Below, piece after piece: positions 1 to 10,670 of a stretch of 64,000 nucleotides of DNA. The position numbers and the translations under genes were made by a program. Position 1 is the stretch's first letter. Each line of letters starts with the position of its first letter. Origin of the DNA: Pachysolen tannophilus NRRL Y-2460 (Eukaryota); contig KV454015.1 in assembly GCA_001661245.1 (NCBI GenBank), positions 186,001 through 250,000 on the forward strand. The letters run 5' to 3'. Under the pieces are notes generated by a model that saw only the letters and a program-made list of their open reading frames with translations, did not search any database and was not told the DNA's origin.

Positions 1-1447
1 TCAAAATATCTCTTTTCGAGATATTTGCATAGACTTTACAATTCAAAGTCTTTGCAATGTCTAATGCAATTCTTTCCTTACCTATAGTATATGTACCAAT
101 ACATATCAAATAATTTTTCTTATTTTTGTTAGATGATTGAAGTAAGTTTCTATTGAAAAAATCTGTTACTCTTTGTTGAATCTTTCTCCCAGAATACTCT
201 CCACTTACAAGAGCATTTGTGAATTTACTGGTGATTGAAATCACATCTTCTTGTTTAGGGAAATCATAAGTTGGATTTAAATATGTAGTATCAAGGTAAC
301 ACCTATTAATTTTCCCATAACATAATAATTTTGATATCATTTCTTTATTAATTCTAAAATCACCACAGTGTAATATTTTAAAATTTGTTTTCACATCTTT
401 AAATAAAAAAATCCCACTTCCAGGACAATGATTTGCATCAATTAAGGTAACTTGAATATCAGTATCTGGAATCTGATAAGGTACATCAAATTCAAGACTT
501 TTAATTATTTCTTCATTAACTTTAAATTTCAATATTAGTAGTTTTTTGGTAATATTTGAACAATAAATAATACCATTTGACCAATTTTTAGTGATCCCCA
601 TATAATGATCAGAATGGAAATGAGATAGAAAATAGTTTACTATATCATCATGTTTGCGGTAGTTAAATGCATCAACAGCAAATTTTGTTGTAAAATTTGT
701 TGTCAAAGATTTCAAATTATTATCATCATCTCCATTTTTAAATTCCAATATTTTCAACTGTGGTATTGGTTGTCTCTCTCTCTTTGGTTTATTCTCTTCT
801 TTAATTTTAGTTTCTTCTTTAATATAACTTTCCTTTTTGTTTTCTTCAATTTCATCTTCCACTAATGAACAAGTTGAAGGATTTCCAAAATTATTAGATT
901 TCATTGATTTATAAACATATCCAGTTTGAGTAGTGACGTTAAAGGTATTGGTCATTGTTGGATCCGTGGTAAAACAATCATTTACATGGATATTTCTATC
1001 ATCTAACGTGAGCTTTTCTATATCTATTCCACAAATCGGGCATGATATCTTTTCATCTAAAATTTTCAACTCATCATCTTGTATCTCATCATAATTTTTT
1101 TTTTCTAAAAACATCATCAGTTCTTGCCTATCATCAGTAGATAACTCTTTTACTTCTCCGGTTTCTCTCTTGACCACCAGCAGCACTGGCAGCAGTATCG
1201 GCAGCACTGGTGGCAGCACTGGTGATAGCACTGGTGATAGCACTGGTGGCAAAGGAAGCACCGCCAGATCATCATTATCATGATCTTCTTCACCATCACT
1301 GGTTAAATCTATAACATTGCTTTCATTCACTCTATTGCTATTTCTTAATCTGTTTCCTTCACTTTCAAATAAAGTTGATTGCACCAAACATTTCCTATTG
1401 CTCCTTGTCCCACTAGTTGATCTATACTTTCTCTTTTTTTGCAACAT
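1..1447 (-). CDS. PSO2: DNA cross-link repair nuclease Pso2/Snm1 (metallo-beta-lactamase/beta-CASP), 3'-partial at the window edge
   Basis: Not in the ORF track. ATG at 1447 opens a frame with a CPIC...H..C UBZ-like finger, then HFHSDHY (top of first His codon at 622), DANHCPGS and LHCGDFR motifs; the frame runs off the left edge. Confidence 0.9.
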   Translation of the reverse strand, partial: MLQKKRKYRSTSGTRSNRKCLVQSTLFESEGNRLRNSNRVNESNVIDLTSDGEEDHDNDDLAVLPLPPVLSPVLSPVLPPVLPILLPVLLVVKRETGEVKELSTDDRQELMMFLEKKNYDEIQDDELKILDEKISCPICGIDIEKLTLDDRNIHVNDCFTTDPTMTNTFNVTTQTGYVYKSMKSNNFGNPSTCSLVEDEIEENKKESYIKEETKIKEENKPKRERQPIPQLKILEFKNGDDDNNLKSLTTNFTTKFAVDAFNYRKHDDIVNYFLSHFHSDHYMGITKNWSNGIIYCSNITKKLLILKFKVNEEIIKSLEFDVPYQIPDTDIQVTLIDANHCPGSGIFLFKDVKTNFKILHCGDFRINKEMISKLLCYGKINRCYLDTTYLNPTYDFPKQEDVISITSKFTNALVSGEYSGRKIQQRVTDFFNRNLLQSSNKNKKNYLICIGTYTIGKERIALDIAKTLNCKVYANISKRDIL

Positions 1448-1654
1448 TCTCTTTGTAAATTCAACTCATTTAAATATTGAAATATATATTTATATATAAA
1501 ATATATATATTTGTATGGGTTTTTTCCTTTTTTTGCATTTTGCTCTCTTATAATTAAAATACCAATTTAATATAAATTTTGATTCATATTATATTTCAGA
1601 AAACTTGATCATTGATATGGATTAATAGCTAAACCAATAGCAAAGAACTGGAGA

Positions 1655-2221
1655 ATGGGGTTGATATCTATAATAAGGAAACAAAAGTTAAAAGATAAAG
1701 AATTAAGAGTATTAATGCTTGGTTTAGATAATAGTGGTAAGACAACAATTGTGAAATCATTATTGGGACAAGATGTTAAACAAGTTTCACCTACAATGGG
1801 GTTCAATATAGAGACAGTGGATTATCATGATTATATAATAAACATCTGGGATGTTGGTGGCCAATCTTCTTTGAGACCTTTTTGGTTTAATTATTTTGAA
1901 AAAACAGATTCTTTAATATGGGTGATTGATTCATTATCTCTTGAAAGATTACAAGAAAATTTTATTGAATTTAAAAAAATATTGATTGAAGATAGATTAA
2001 TAGGATCCAATTTCTTAATATTGTTGAATAAGATAGATCTAATAGAAGATAAAGCTAAAATCCAACAGTTAATTACAAAAATCATCAACCTCTTACAATT
2101 GGAAGAAATTAAAAATCATAATTGGAAAGTACTCCCAGTAAGTGCTTTCACAGGTGAAAATTTACACAATGGTATTGACTGGATCGTTGATGAATACAAG
2201 TCAAGAATGAACATTATATAG
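1655..2221 (+). CDS. CIN4: ARF-like GTPase Arl2/Cin4 (tubulin folding)
   Basis: MGLISIIRKQKLKDKELRVLMLGLDNSGKTT, WDVGGQ and NKID motifs typical of Arl2. Confidence 0.88.
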   Translation: MGLISIIRKQKLKDKELRVLMLGLDNSGKTTIVKSLLGQDVKQVSPTMGFNIETVDYHDYIINIWDVGGQSSLRPFWFNYFEKTDSLIWVIDSLSLERLQENFIEFKKILIEDRLIGSNFLILLNKIDLIEDKAKIQQLITKIINLLQLEEIKNHNWKVLPVSAFTGENLHNGIDWIVDEYKSRMNII

Positions 2222-2455
2222 AATAGAATTGAATTGAATTGAAACTTCTAGTATCATTTCCATTCATCCAGGTTCTAATTAACCATTTCATCAAGTAAAT
2301 CTTGCCTAATTAGGTATGACTATCTATGACTCTTTTTAATTCTGTAAATATAAATCATATTTAATCAAGAGAGCAATCTATTATTTATAATTGAAATTTT
2401 CCATCTATTTTTCTTTCTTTCTTGGAATAGTAGTAGTTAATTAAGATTGAAAGTT

Positions 2456-3548
2456 ATGGTTAAAGTGACTATTGCAGGTGCTGCTGGTGGTATTGGCCAG
2501 ACTTTGAGGTAAGTTTAATTTTTATTTTTGAAGTAGTAGTTATTGTAATTCTAACATGAATTTTTGAAAAAGTTTGTTGTGTAAGTTGAATCCAGATATA
2601 ACGGAATTATCGTTATATGATATAGCTAATGCTGAAGGTGTTGCTGTTGATCTTTCACATGTTAATTCACCAGCTAGAGCTACTGGTCATCAGCCAAGAG
2701 ATAAATCTGATCAAGATGCTTTAAAGAATTCATTGATTGGTTCTGATATTGTTATTATTCCAGCTGGAGTTCCAAGAAAACCTGGAATGACTAGACAAGA
2801 TTTATTTAAAATTAATGCTGGGATTGTAAGATCTTTAGTTGGTGCTGTTGCCAAATATTGTCCTGAAGCGTTGTTGTTAATTATAAGTAATCCTGTAAAT
2901 TCAACTGTTGTTATTGCTGCAGAAGAATTGAAAAAAAATAATTGCTTTAATCCAAGAAAGCTTTTTGGAGTTACAACTTTGGATTTAGTTAGAGCTGAAA
3001 CTTTTCTTAGTTATGAATTGAATTACCCAGTGGAAGATATTAGAGGTAAAATTACAGTTGTTGGAGGTCACTCAGGTGATACTATTGTACCATTAATCCA
3101 TATAAATACAGAAATATCTAAAATTGTTTCTAGTAAATTAAGTCCTGAAAGATTGGAAAATTTTATTCATAGAGTACAATATGGTGGTGATGAAGTTGTC
3201 CAGGCTAAATCGGGTAAAGGTTCAGCTACATTGTCCATGGCTTATGCTGGATATAGATTTACAGAAACAATTTTGAATGCAATTACTGGGAAAGAAAATA
3301 AAGCTTTGGAGCCTGCTTACATTTATCTTCCTGGAGTCCCTGGTGGTGAAGAATTATCAAGAAAATTAGGTGTTGAATATTTTGCTGTACCTATTGAATT
3401 TGATAATAAAGGTGAGGCAAAGAGAATTATTTTTAATAATAATTTTATTTCCAAAAACTATGAAGCTCAAATGATTGAAATTGCAAAGAAAAGTCTAACA
3501 AAGAGTATTGTTCAAGGACAACTTTTTGTAAATGGTTCAAAATTATAA
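2456..3548 (+). CDS. MDH3: Peroxisomal malate dehydrogenase, 2 exons (2456-2508, 2573-3548)
   Basis: Exon 1 gives MVKVTIAGAAGGIGQTL. Intron 2509-2572 (GTAAGT, TTCTAAC branch, AAG) restores GIGQTLSLLCK. IPAGVPRKPGMTR, ISNPVN and GGHSG motifs; C-terminal SKL (PTS1). Confidence 0.9.
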
Positions 3549-3682
3549 AGAAAATAAAAAAAGCATAAAGTTAAGTTATATATATATATTTATATTTATA
3601 TATATGTATAGGAAAAATATATCCTTATTTATTTAAAAAAAACTGATATTAAAAAATGATTATAAAGCGTCCTGCTTGAGTT

Positions 3683-4729
3683 TTAATCATCATCATTAAA
3701 AGGATTAACTGGCCATTTAGGACAACCAAATCTAATTTCCTTGCCCATCTTGGTAGAAATATTTTCAATGATTTGACCATCTTCATCGGATAATTCAATA
3801 GTTTTCAAATTTTCTTCAATTCTATCAGGTCTGATCGATTTAGGTAATACCACTGTACCTCTCCATATAGCCCATGAAATCATTATAGCGGCCGTAGAAA
3901 CACCATATTTTTTAGCAACTTTCAATAAAGTTTCATCTTTAAATAATGGAGAATTAGTAGAACCTAAAGGTGAATATGCTTCGATCAATATACCTTTTTC
4001 TTTACAATATTTCAATAATTTTTTTTGAGGCAAATATGGATGACACTCAATTTGATTTACAACTGGTTTAACTTTAGTTGTAGGTGCATTTAATAAGATT
4101 TCCAAATTTTTGATTGACCAATTGGAAACACCAATAGACTTCACTTTACCACTATCCAATAATTTCTGAAATAATTCATAACTCTTAACAAATGACCAGT
4201 CTTCAACCATATCTCTTGATCCATCAGGTCTTTTGGGAAATTTTGGATCATTACCATTTGGATTTAGGAAAATTGGCCAATGAATTAAATAAAGATCCAA
4301 ATAATCCAAACCAAGTAATTTCAAAGATTCATCTAAAGCCTTTTCCGGATCATTATGATGAGTACACCATAGTTTACTAGTGACAAAAATCTCTTCTCTT
4401 GGAACACCTGAAGCTTTAATTGCTTTGCCGACATCTTCTTCATTACCATAAACCCAGGCCGTATCAATATGTCTATAACCAGCCTTAAGTGCAATTAAAC
4501 ATGCAAGAAATGCCTCGTTTTCATGAGCCTGCCAAGTACCAAGACCTAATGCCGGAATCTTGTTACCATCTGAAAGTGTGAAAACTTTGGTGGAGCTGCA
4601 AAAAAAAAAAGAAAAAAATAAGCTGGTTAGTATTTTACTTTCATATATATATATATTCTATTTTACTACAAATAACCATGCTGGATGCTAAACTGATCAA
4701 TTAACTCACTTTTTTGCAGTTGAAGACAT
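3683..4729 (-). CDS. Aldo-keto reductase, Gcy1/Ypr1-like, 2 exons (4729-4710, 4595-3683)
   Basis: Intron 4709-4596 (GTGAGT, TACTAAC at 4632-4626, CAG). Spliced N-terminus MSSTAKNSTKVFTLSDGNKIPALGLGTWQ; YLDLYLIHWP, SIGVSN, NQIECHP and VLPKS motifs. Confidence 0.9.
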
Positions 4730-5392
4730 TTCCACTTTTCTCTCTCTTTTTTTTTTTTTTTTGCCCCTCAATTACTTCAGATTACCAAATCTTACAACTG
4801 ATTATAAATAACTTAGTTCAATTGAAATTACCAAAAAATTTTCGAAATGAATAATATACAACCGAAATAATCCAAACCTCTTTAGTACCCCAGATACAAT
4901 ATTTTATATACGTTCTGAAAAATGCAACATCTGATTATTACCCAAAACAAAGGTGCGGCGTGCGGCAAGGACTAAATGAATCTAAGTGAAAAATCCTCTT
5001 TTGGACATTATTGTTTGGTAAACACTACCCGTTCTGAAAAAAAAACAATATTACCGTTGTTCCAAAAAATTCCGCCTAAAATGTCCGCCTAAATTCTGCC
5101 TAAATTTGGCCAACCATCCGCCAAAAGTTTGGCGCCAAAAGGTTTTTGGGAGAGTCGGCCGCTTGAAATTTCTCTTTTGGGATATTTGTCCCTGGTGCAA
5201 AGAGCAGTAAGTACTTTACAGCAGTTTTAGTCAACCTAAAGGAAACCAAAATGATTTAGCTCTTATCAGTTGAATGGGACATAAATATATATATCTAGAA
5301 TTTATTTCTTTCAATTCTTGTTAATATTAGTTTGAATAATTCTGAAGTTTCGAATAAGTGAAAAGAAAAGAAAGGAAAGAAAAGAAAGAAAA

Positions 5393-6880
5393 ATGTCAGA
5401 TTTGTTTGTCGATATCAAGTTACCTACCGGTATAACCTACCAACAACCAATTGGTTTGTACATCGATGGAGAATGGAGAAAATCCGACTCTACAGCTGAA
5501 TCGGTAAACCCTGCTACTGAAGAACCAATAACTTCAGTTTACTTTGCAAATGAGAAAGATGTTGACGATGCTGCTCATGCTGCAAAGAAAGCATTTAAAC
5601 AGTGGAAGAAAATTCCTGGTGCTGAAAAGGCTAAATTAATTAACAAATTGGCTGATCTTACTATTGAAAATTTGGAATTGTTATCTGCTGTGGAAGCATT
5701 GGATACGGGTAAGCCTTTGGAATTGAATTGTAAGGCCGATATTGAAGGTGTTGCTGATTATTTGAAATATTGTGCTGGTTGGGCAGATAAAAATCATGGG
5801 AAATATATTCCAGTTACTTCAACAAAATTTGCTTATACTGTTCCAGAACCTTATGGTGTTGTTGGTCAGATCGTACCATGGAACTATCCGCTATCAATGA
5901 GTGGTTGGAAGATTGCGCCTGCATTGGCTGCTGGTAACTGTATTATAATCAAATCTGCTGAAAACACACCGTTGTCATTATTATTATTTGCGACTTTGGT
6001 GGAAAAAGCAGGGTTCCCTAAAGGTGTTGTTAACATTATTTCTGGTTATGGTCCAATAGCAGGATCAGCTATTGCTAAACACCCTTTGATCAGTAAAGTC
6101 GCTTTCACTGGATCAACAAAAGTTGGTTCAATTGTTCAAAAACTAGCTGCAGAGAATTTGAAGGCAGTTACCTTAGAATGTGGTGGGAAATCACCATTAA
6201 TTGTGTTTGATGATGCAGATATTGATCAGTGTATTAAATGGGCTTCATTTGGAATTTTTTATAATTCTGGTCAAAATTGTACATCAAATAGTAGAATCTA
6301 CGTACAGGAAAAAATTTATGATGAATTTGTAAGTAAATTTACTAAATTCACAAAGGAAAAATATATCTTAAAAGATCCTTTTGATAAATCATGCGAACTA
6401 GGTCCTGTCATTAGCAAAATTCAGTATGATCGTATTAAAAACTATATTGAAATAGGTGCAAAAGAAGGTGCGTTAATGGTTACCGGAAATGAACCACATA
6501 CTTTTAAAACGGGTTATTATATTCAACCAACAATATTTACTGATTGTACAGAAGATATGACAATTGTAAAAGAAGAAATTTTTGGTCCCGTCGTTGCAAT
6601 TTCTAAATTCTCAACTCAAGAAGAAGTTATTGAAAAAGCCAATAACTCCACATATGGTTTAGCATCGATGGTTTTCACAAAAGATCTTGTTAGAGGACAC
6701 GTAATGGCTGAAGAGTTAGAAGCTGGTATGTGCTACATCAACTCATCTAACGATGAAGATATTCGTGTTCCATTTGGTGGTTATAAAATGAGTGGTGTAG
6801 GAAGAGAATTGGGTGAGAATGGTATTTTAGCTTATACTCAAGTAAAAGCTGTTCACGTTAATATGGGCACTACATTGTAA
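5393..6880 (+). CDS. Aldehyde dehydrogenase, Ald2/Ald3-like (cytosolic)
   Basis: IVPWNYP, FTGSTKVG, TLECGGKSP (Ald2/3-type ECGGK), NSGQNC and EEIFGP motifs; no mitochondrial presequence. Confidence 0.9.
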   Translation: MSDLFVDIKLPTGITYQQPIGLYIDGEWRKSDSTAESVNPATEEPITSVYFANEKDVDDAAHAAKKAFKQWKKIPGAEKAKLINKLADLTIENLELLSAVEALDTGKPLELNCKADIEGVADYLKYCAGWADKNHGKYIPVTSTKFAYTVPEPYGVVGQIVPWNYPLSMSGWKIAPALAAGNCIIIKSAENTPLSLLLFATLVEKAGFPKGVVNIISGYGPIAGSAIAKHPLISKVAFTGSTKVGSIVQKLAAENLKAVTLECGGKSPLIVFDDADIDQCIKWASFGIFYNSGQNCTSNSRIYVQEKIYDEFVSKFTKFTKEKYILKDPFDKSCELGPVISKIQYDRIKNYIEIGAKEGALMVTGNEPHTFKTGYYIQPTIFTDCTEDMTIVKEEIFGPVVAISKFSTQEEVIEKANNSTYGLASMVFTKDLVRGHVMAEELEAGMCYINSSNDEDIRVPFGGYKMSGVGRELGENGILAYTQVKAVHVNMGTTL

Positions 6881-6898
6881 TAAGATACATCATTAATT

Positions 6899-6899
<1 letters not shown>

Positions 6900-6955
<56 letters not shown>

Positions 6956-6968
6956 TACTTACTTACTT
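6900..6968. repeat. (AT)n microsatellite flanking an assembly gap; continues at 7429-7487
   Basis: Long TA dinucleotide run on both sides of the N block. Confidence 0.9.
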
Positions 6969-7428
6969 NNNNNNNNNNNNNNNNNNNNNNNNNNNNNNNN
7001 NNNNNNNNNNNNNNNNNNNNNNNNNNNNNNNNNNNNNNNNNNNNNNNNNNNNNNNNNNNNNNNNNNNNNNNNNNNNNNNNNNNNNNNNNNNNNNNNNNNN
7101 NNNNNNNNNNNNNNNNNNNNNNNNNNNNNNNNNNNNNNNNNNNNNNNNNNNNNNNNNNNNNNNNNNNNNNNNNNNNNNNNNNNNNNNNNNNNNNNNNNNN
7201 NNNNNNNNNNNNNNNNNNNNNNNNNNNNNNNNNNNNNNNNNNNNNNNNNNNNNNNNNNNNNNNNNNNNNNNNNNNNNNNNNNNNNNNNNNNNNNNNNNNN
7301 NNNNNNNNNNNNNNNNNNNNNNNNNNNNNNNNNNNNNNNNNNNNNNNNNNNNNNNNNNNNNNNNNNNNNNNNNNNNNNNNNNNNNNNNNNNNNNNNNNNN
7401 NNNNNNNNNNNNNNNNNNNNNNNNNNNN
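6969..7428. other. Assembly gap (N run)
   Basis: Contiguous n characters. Confidence 0.99.
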
Positions 7429-7444
7429 TATATATATAATATAT

Positions 7445-7491
<47 letters not shown>

Positions 7492-7504
7492 AATACAATA
7501 TTAC

Positions 7505-9067
7505 TTAGGACATTGATTTACCATTCATTTCTCTAATCATTAGATATTTGTAATACCATTCTTTTGTCCAATTTCTACATCTTTTACCATAAATAATCAT
7601 AGATGCAGCTAAAATTGTAATAATTATATCAATGATTGCCAATATAATGTAAACTTTCTGATTTCCCATTTTCTCCAACATTGGAGAACAAACAAAAGTT
7701 GAAATACACCCAATAGTATTGTTTATTACGGAAACACCAACCATTCCTTCTAAAACCATCAGTGGGTATGAATCCATTAGATAGCTCATTGTAATATCAC
7801 CTAAAGAACCAAATCCAAATCCAATAAATCCTAGTCCTATGTATATACATCCCAAATTATTGTCAGTAACTCCAAATCCAAACATCACTAGACCTATAGG
7901 GGAAATGATGGCTGATAAAAAGATAAAGTATAACCTGTATTCAGCTTCTTGTATACCATTTCGTTTCTTTGCTAGAAAGATGGCAAAATAATCTGACAAA
8001 CTTCCCGCGTAAATACATCCAAGTGTAGCCCCAATGAGACAAGGTATGTTGATAAGGCTAACAGCCATATCGGAAAAATTGAATGGTTCCTTATACATGT
8101 ATATGTTCAGTGAAGTCAAATAAAAAGTTAAAAAGGCATCTTGAACACCCCATACTAAACCAGAGACTACAACAGCAGGAAACCAAAATACTCTCAACAT
8201 ATTAAACAAACGTTGAAAATATTCATTCATACCCAAATTTTGTATGTTTGAAGCCTTAGTTATTAGTTTCATTCTTTCTCTATAAGATTTCAACTGATTG
8301 TTTTCCTTTTTTCCTTCTTCATTATTGTACCTTTCAAAGTAGGTTTCGTCCATAGTGAAACAAATTAATATAAGGAGAAGAAAAGAAATTATTGTTGAAT
8401 ACCACCCAACCCATCTGAAGCTTTGATTTGAAGAAATTATATGAGCGATAAGAGGCCCTAAATAAGTACCAATAGAAGTAGCAAGGATGTATACAGTTAA
8501 CACAGACCCTAGCTGATGACAATAGAACAATTCTGAGAGAGATAATTGAACATGAGCCTCAGCACAGCTCCCCGATATACCGATAAACAATTGAGACCAA
8601 ATAATATCTGTTGATTTCTTTGATACAGAAAACCAAAGTGAACCAATTAATCCCATTGAAATGCACAAAATATAAGTGACTCTATGACCATATAAACTAG
8701 ATAAAGGTGCTAAAAACCAAGTTGAATATCCAGTGCCAAAAAACAAAGCAGCTGATCCAATATCCAATGTCTTGTAACTTATCCCAAGTTTTCCTCCCAA
8801 TGATCCATGAGTTGATTCCGCACAATTTGCAATAGCAGCTGTAAACGCTGTTATGATCGATAAGAGTACAAAATGCCATCTTTTCTTCCAGACAGAAAAA
8901 TTTAAAGGATCATTAGGAGAATCAGAAGGCTGTGGATGCAAGATAACATTTCCTTCAGTTTTCAAATTTCCTGTACAAACTGTCGTAGATCGATAAACCT
9001 GTGGATCTTGCGTCTCAAAAGAATAAATATTAATCGTTCCAGGAATATTATCAGCTATTTGTATCAT
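7505..9067 (-). CDS. HOL1: Hol1-like MFS transporter (DHA1 family; polyamine/histidinol/cation uptake in S. cerevisiae)
   Basis: IPGTINIYS, PQPSDSPNDPLN, AEAHVQLSLS..F..HQLGSVLTVYILATSIGTYLGP and EAEYRL motifs; about 12 TM segments. First ATG at 9067 (the track starts at an upstream TTG). Confidence 0.85.
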   Translation of the reverse strand: MIQIADNIPGTINIYSFETQDPQVYRSTTVCTGNLKTEGNVILHPQPSDSPNDPLNFSVWKKRWHFVLLSIITAFTAAIANCAESTHGSLGGKLGISYKTLDIGSAALFFGTGYSTWFLAPLSSLYGHRVTYILCISMGLIGSLWFSVSKKSTDIIWSQLFIGISGSCAEAHVQLSLSELFYCHQLGSVLTVYILATSIGTYLGPLIAHIISSNQSFRWVGWYSTIISFLLLILICFTMDETYFERYNNEEGKKENNQLKSYRERMKLITKASNIQNLGMNEYFQRLFNMLRVFWFPAVVVSGLVWGVQDAFLTFYLTSLNIYMYKEPFNFSDMAVSLINIPCLIGATLGCIYAGSLSDYFAIFLAKKRNGIQEAEYRLYFIFLSAIISPIGLVMFGFGVTDNNLGCIYIGLGFIGFGFGSLGDITMSYLMDSYPLMVLEGMVGVSVINNTIGCISTFVCSPMLEKMGNQKVYIILAIIDIIITILAASMIIYGKRCRNWTKEWYYKYLMIREMNGKSMS

Positions 9068-9464
9068 TTTTTTCTTATTATTCAACAACTTAACCCTATA
9101 GCTTTATCATCAAAACAAGACTAAATCATACAGTTATATCAACTATATTAACATCCATTCTCAACAGAACGTAAAATATTTCATAAAAATATTATATTAT
9201 GTATGCAGGTGAAAAATACAGCTGAAGACTAGGGTTCGCACAGCGTGCGGCTGAGCTCGGTTAAAGTGAAAGAGATCTTTTAATCTTTCATGGTCAGCTA
9301 AGGAACCGATTTGACTAAATTTGTAACGGGATATAAGTTGGAATAGTTGACTACAAAGGAAGTTATCCCCCCCTTTTTTTAAAAAAAATTGATCTTATAA
9401 ATATAATTATTGTTTTTTTATTATTATTTAGCGGCTAAATTATATAGCTATAAATCAAACCATA

Positions 9465-10520
9465 ATGAGGAATGGGCAAGTTATAGGTGCTATTATAGGC
9501 ACTCTCATAGGGTTTGTAATTTTCCTTATGTTGTTCCTTTGGTTGTTATGGGTTTATTTTGTAGAGATTGTTAGTGATGATTATAATAGAATTTCAGTAA
9601 GGTTGAGACCTGGACGCGTAAAGAGTTTGAATAAAATTAATTCTGAATCTAAAGAAGAACTGGATGTTGGAATGGGGGATGATCAATTGACCACAATTCC
9701 TAATGAGGGAACAAATCTCAGATCAGAAGGAGAATGTGAACAAGAGCGTGAGGTGGGAGAGACTCCATATGCCATGACAAATCGTGATTACTCTAGAACT
9801 TTGAATAGAGAAGATGATTTGATTGAAGAGAATTCTTATTTGCAATTACTTGATGATGAACTTTTTTTCACAAAAGATTGTTATTCAAACAGATTAATTC
9901 GTATTGGAATGATTGTTGTTTGTATCAAGCCTTATATTGCAAAGACTAAAGATGAGTTTAGTTTAACAACAGGAGATTTGATTAGGTTGTTAAAGATTTT
10001 CAAGATCAAAGAAAGTAATCGTAAAACAAACAATCAATATGATCAAAGTCCTAAACCATGGAGCTTAGAAATGGGTGGTGATGTACACAGTCAACAACCA
10101 AAGGCAACAGAAGAAGGTGAAGGAGGAGGAGGAGGAGGAGAAGAAGAAGAAGTAAATAAAGATGAACAAGAAGAAGATTGTGAAATTATCATGGGACAAG
10201 GTATATTATTAGACTCCTATTTAGAAATGAGAGGTTCAAATTTAACAATTTTCTCAAAATTACAACCAAATAACTCTGGTATTACTACTGCAACAACTGC
10301 ACCCCTGAATATGAAGAGTTATTCCTCAAGTAATAATAATTTATTAAGAGATAATCAATTTTCTAGTTCTCAAATTGCAGTTGATGATTTAAATAATACT
10401 ACTTTTATCAAAAATTTCCCGATGAAGTACGTATCATTGGAGAGTACTGTTATTCAAGCAGCTTTAGAACAAAACTCAGAAGCTTCTGTCACAAGAAATG
10501 ACACTAACTCCAGCCAATAA
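9465..10520 (+). CDS. Single-pass membrane protein with an SH3-like cytoplasmic region, function unknown
   Basis: N-terminal hydrophobic helix (VIGAIIGTLIGFVIFLMLFLWLLWVYF); SH3-like VVCIKPYIAKTKDEFSLTTGDLIRLL and FPMKYV. Confidence 0.6.
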   Translation: MRNGQVIGAIIGTLIGFVIFLMLFLWLLWVYFVEIVSDDYNRISVRLRPGRVKSLNKINSESKEELDVGMGDDQLTTIPNEGTNLRSEGECEQEREVGETPYAMTNRDYSRTLNREDDLIEENSYLQLLDDELFFTKDCYSNRLIRIGMIVVCIKPYIAKTKDEFSLTTGDLIRLLKIFKIKESNRKTNNQYDQSPKPWSLEMGGDVHSQQPKATEEGEGGGGGGEEEEVNKDEQEEDCEIIMGQGILLDSYLEMRGSNLTIFSKLQPNNSGITTATTAPLNMKSYSSSNNNLLRDNQFSSSQIAVDDLNNTTFIKNFPMKYVSLESTVIQAALEQNSEASVTRNDTNSSQ

Positions 10521-10670
10521 AAAGATGGCCAATATATATATATATATATACATATATATATAAAAGGGAAATTTCTGTTTAATATTTTTGCTATACATTT
10601 GTTTCTTTTCTCTTTTCTTTTACATCATTATTTCTTCTAATAGTTAACAAAATTAAATTATAATATACAC

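Noticed and set aside
1461..1469. Two-codon uORF (ATG AGT TGA) just upstream of PSO2
   Set aside because: It is expected by chance in AT-rich DNA and the TSS is unknown.
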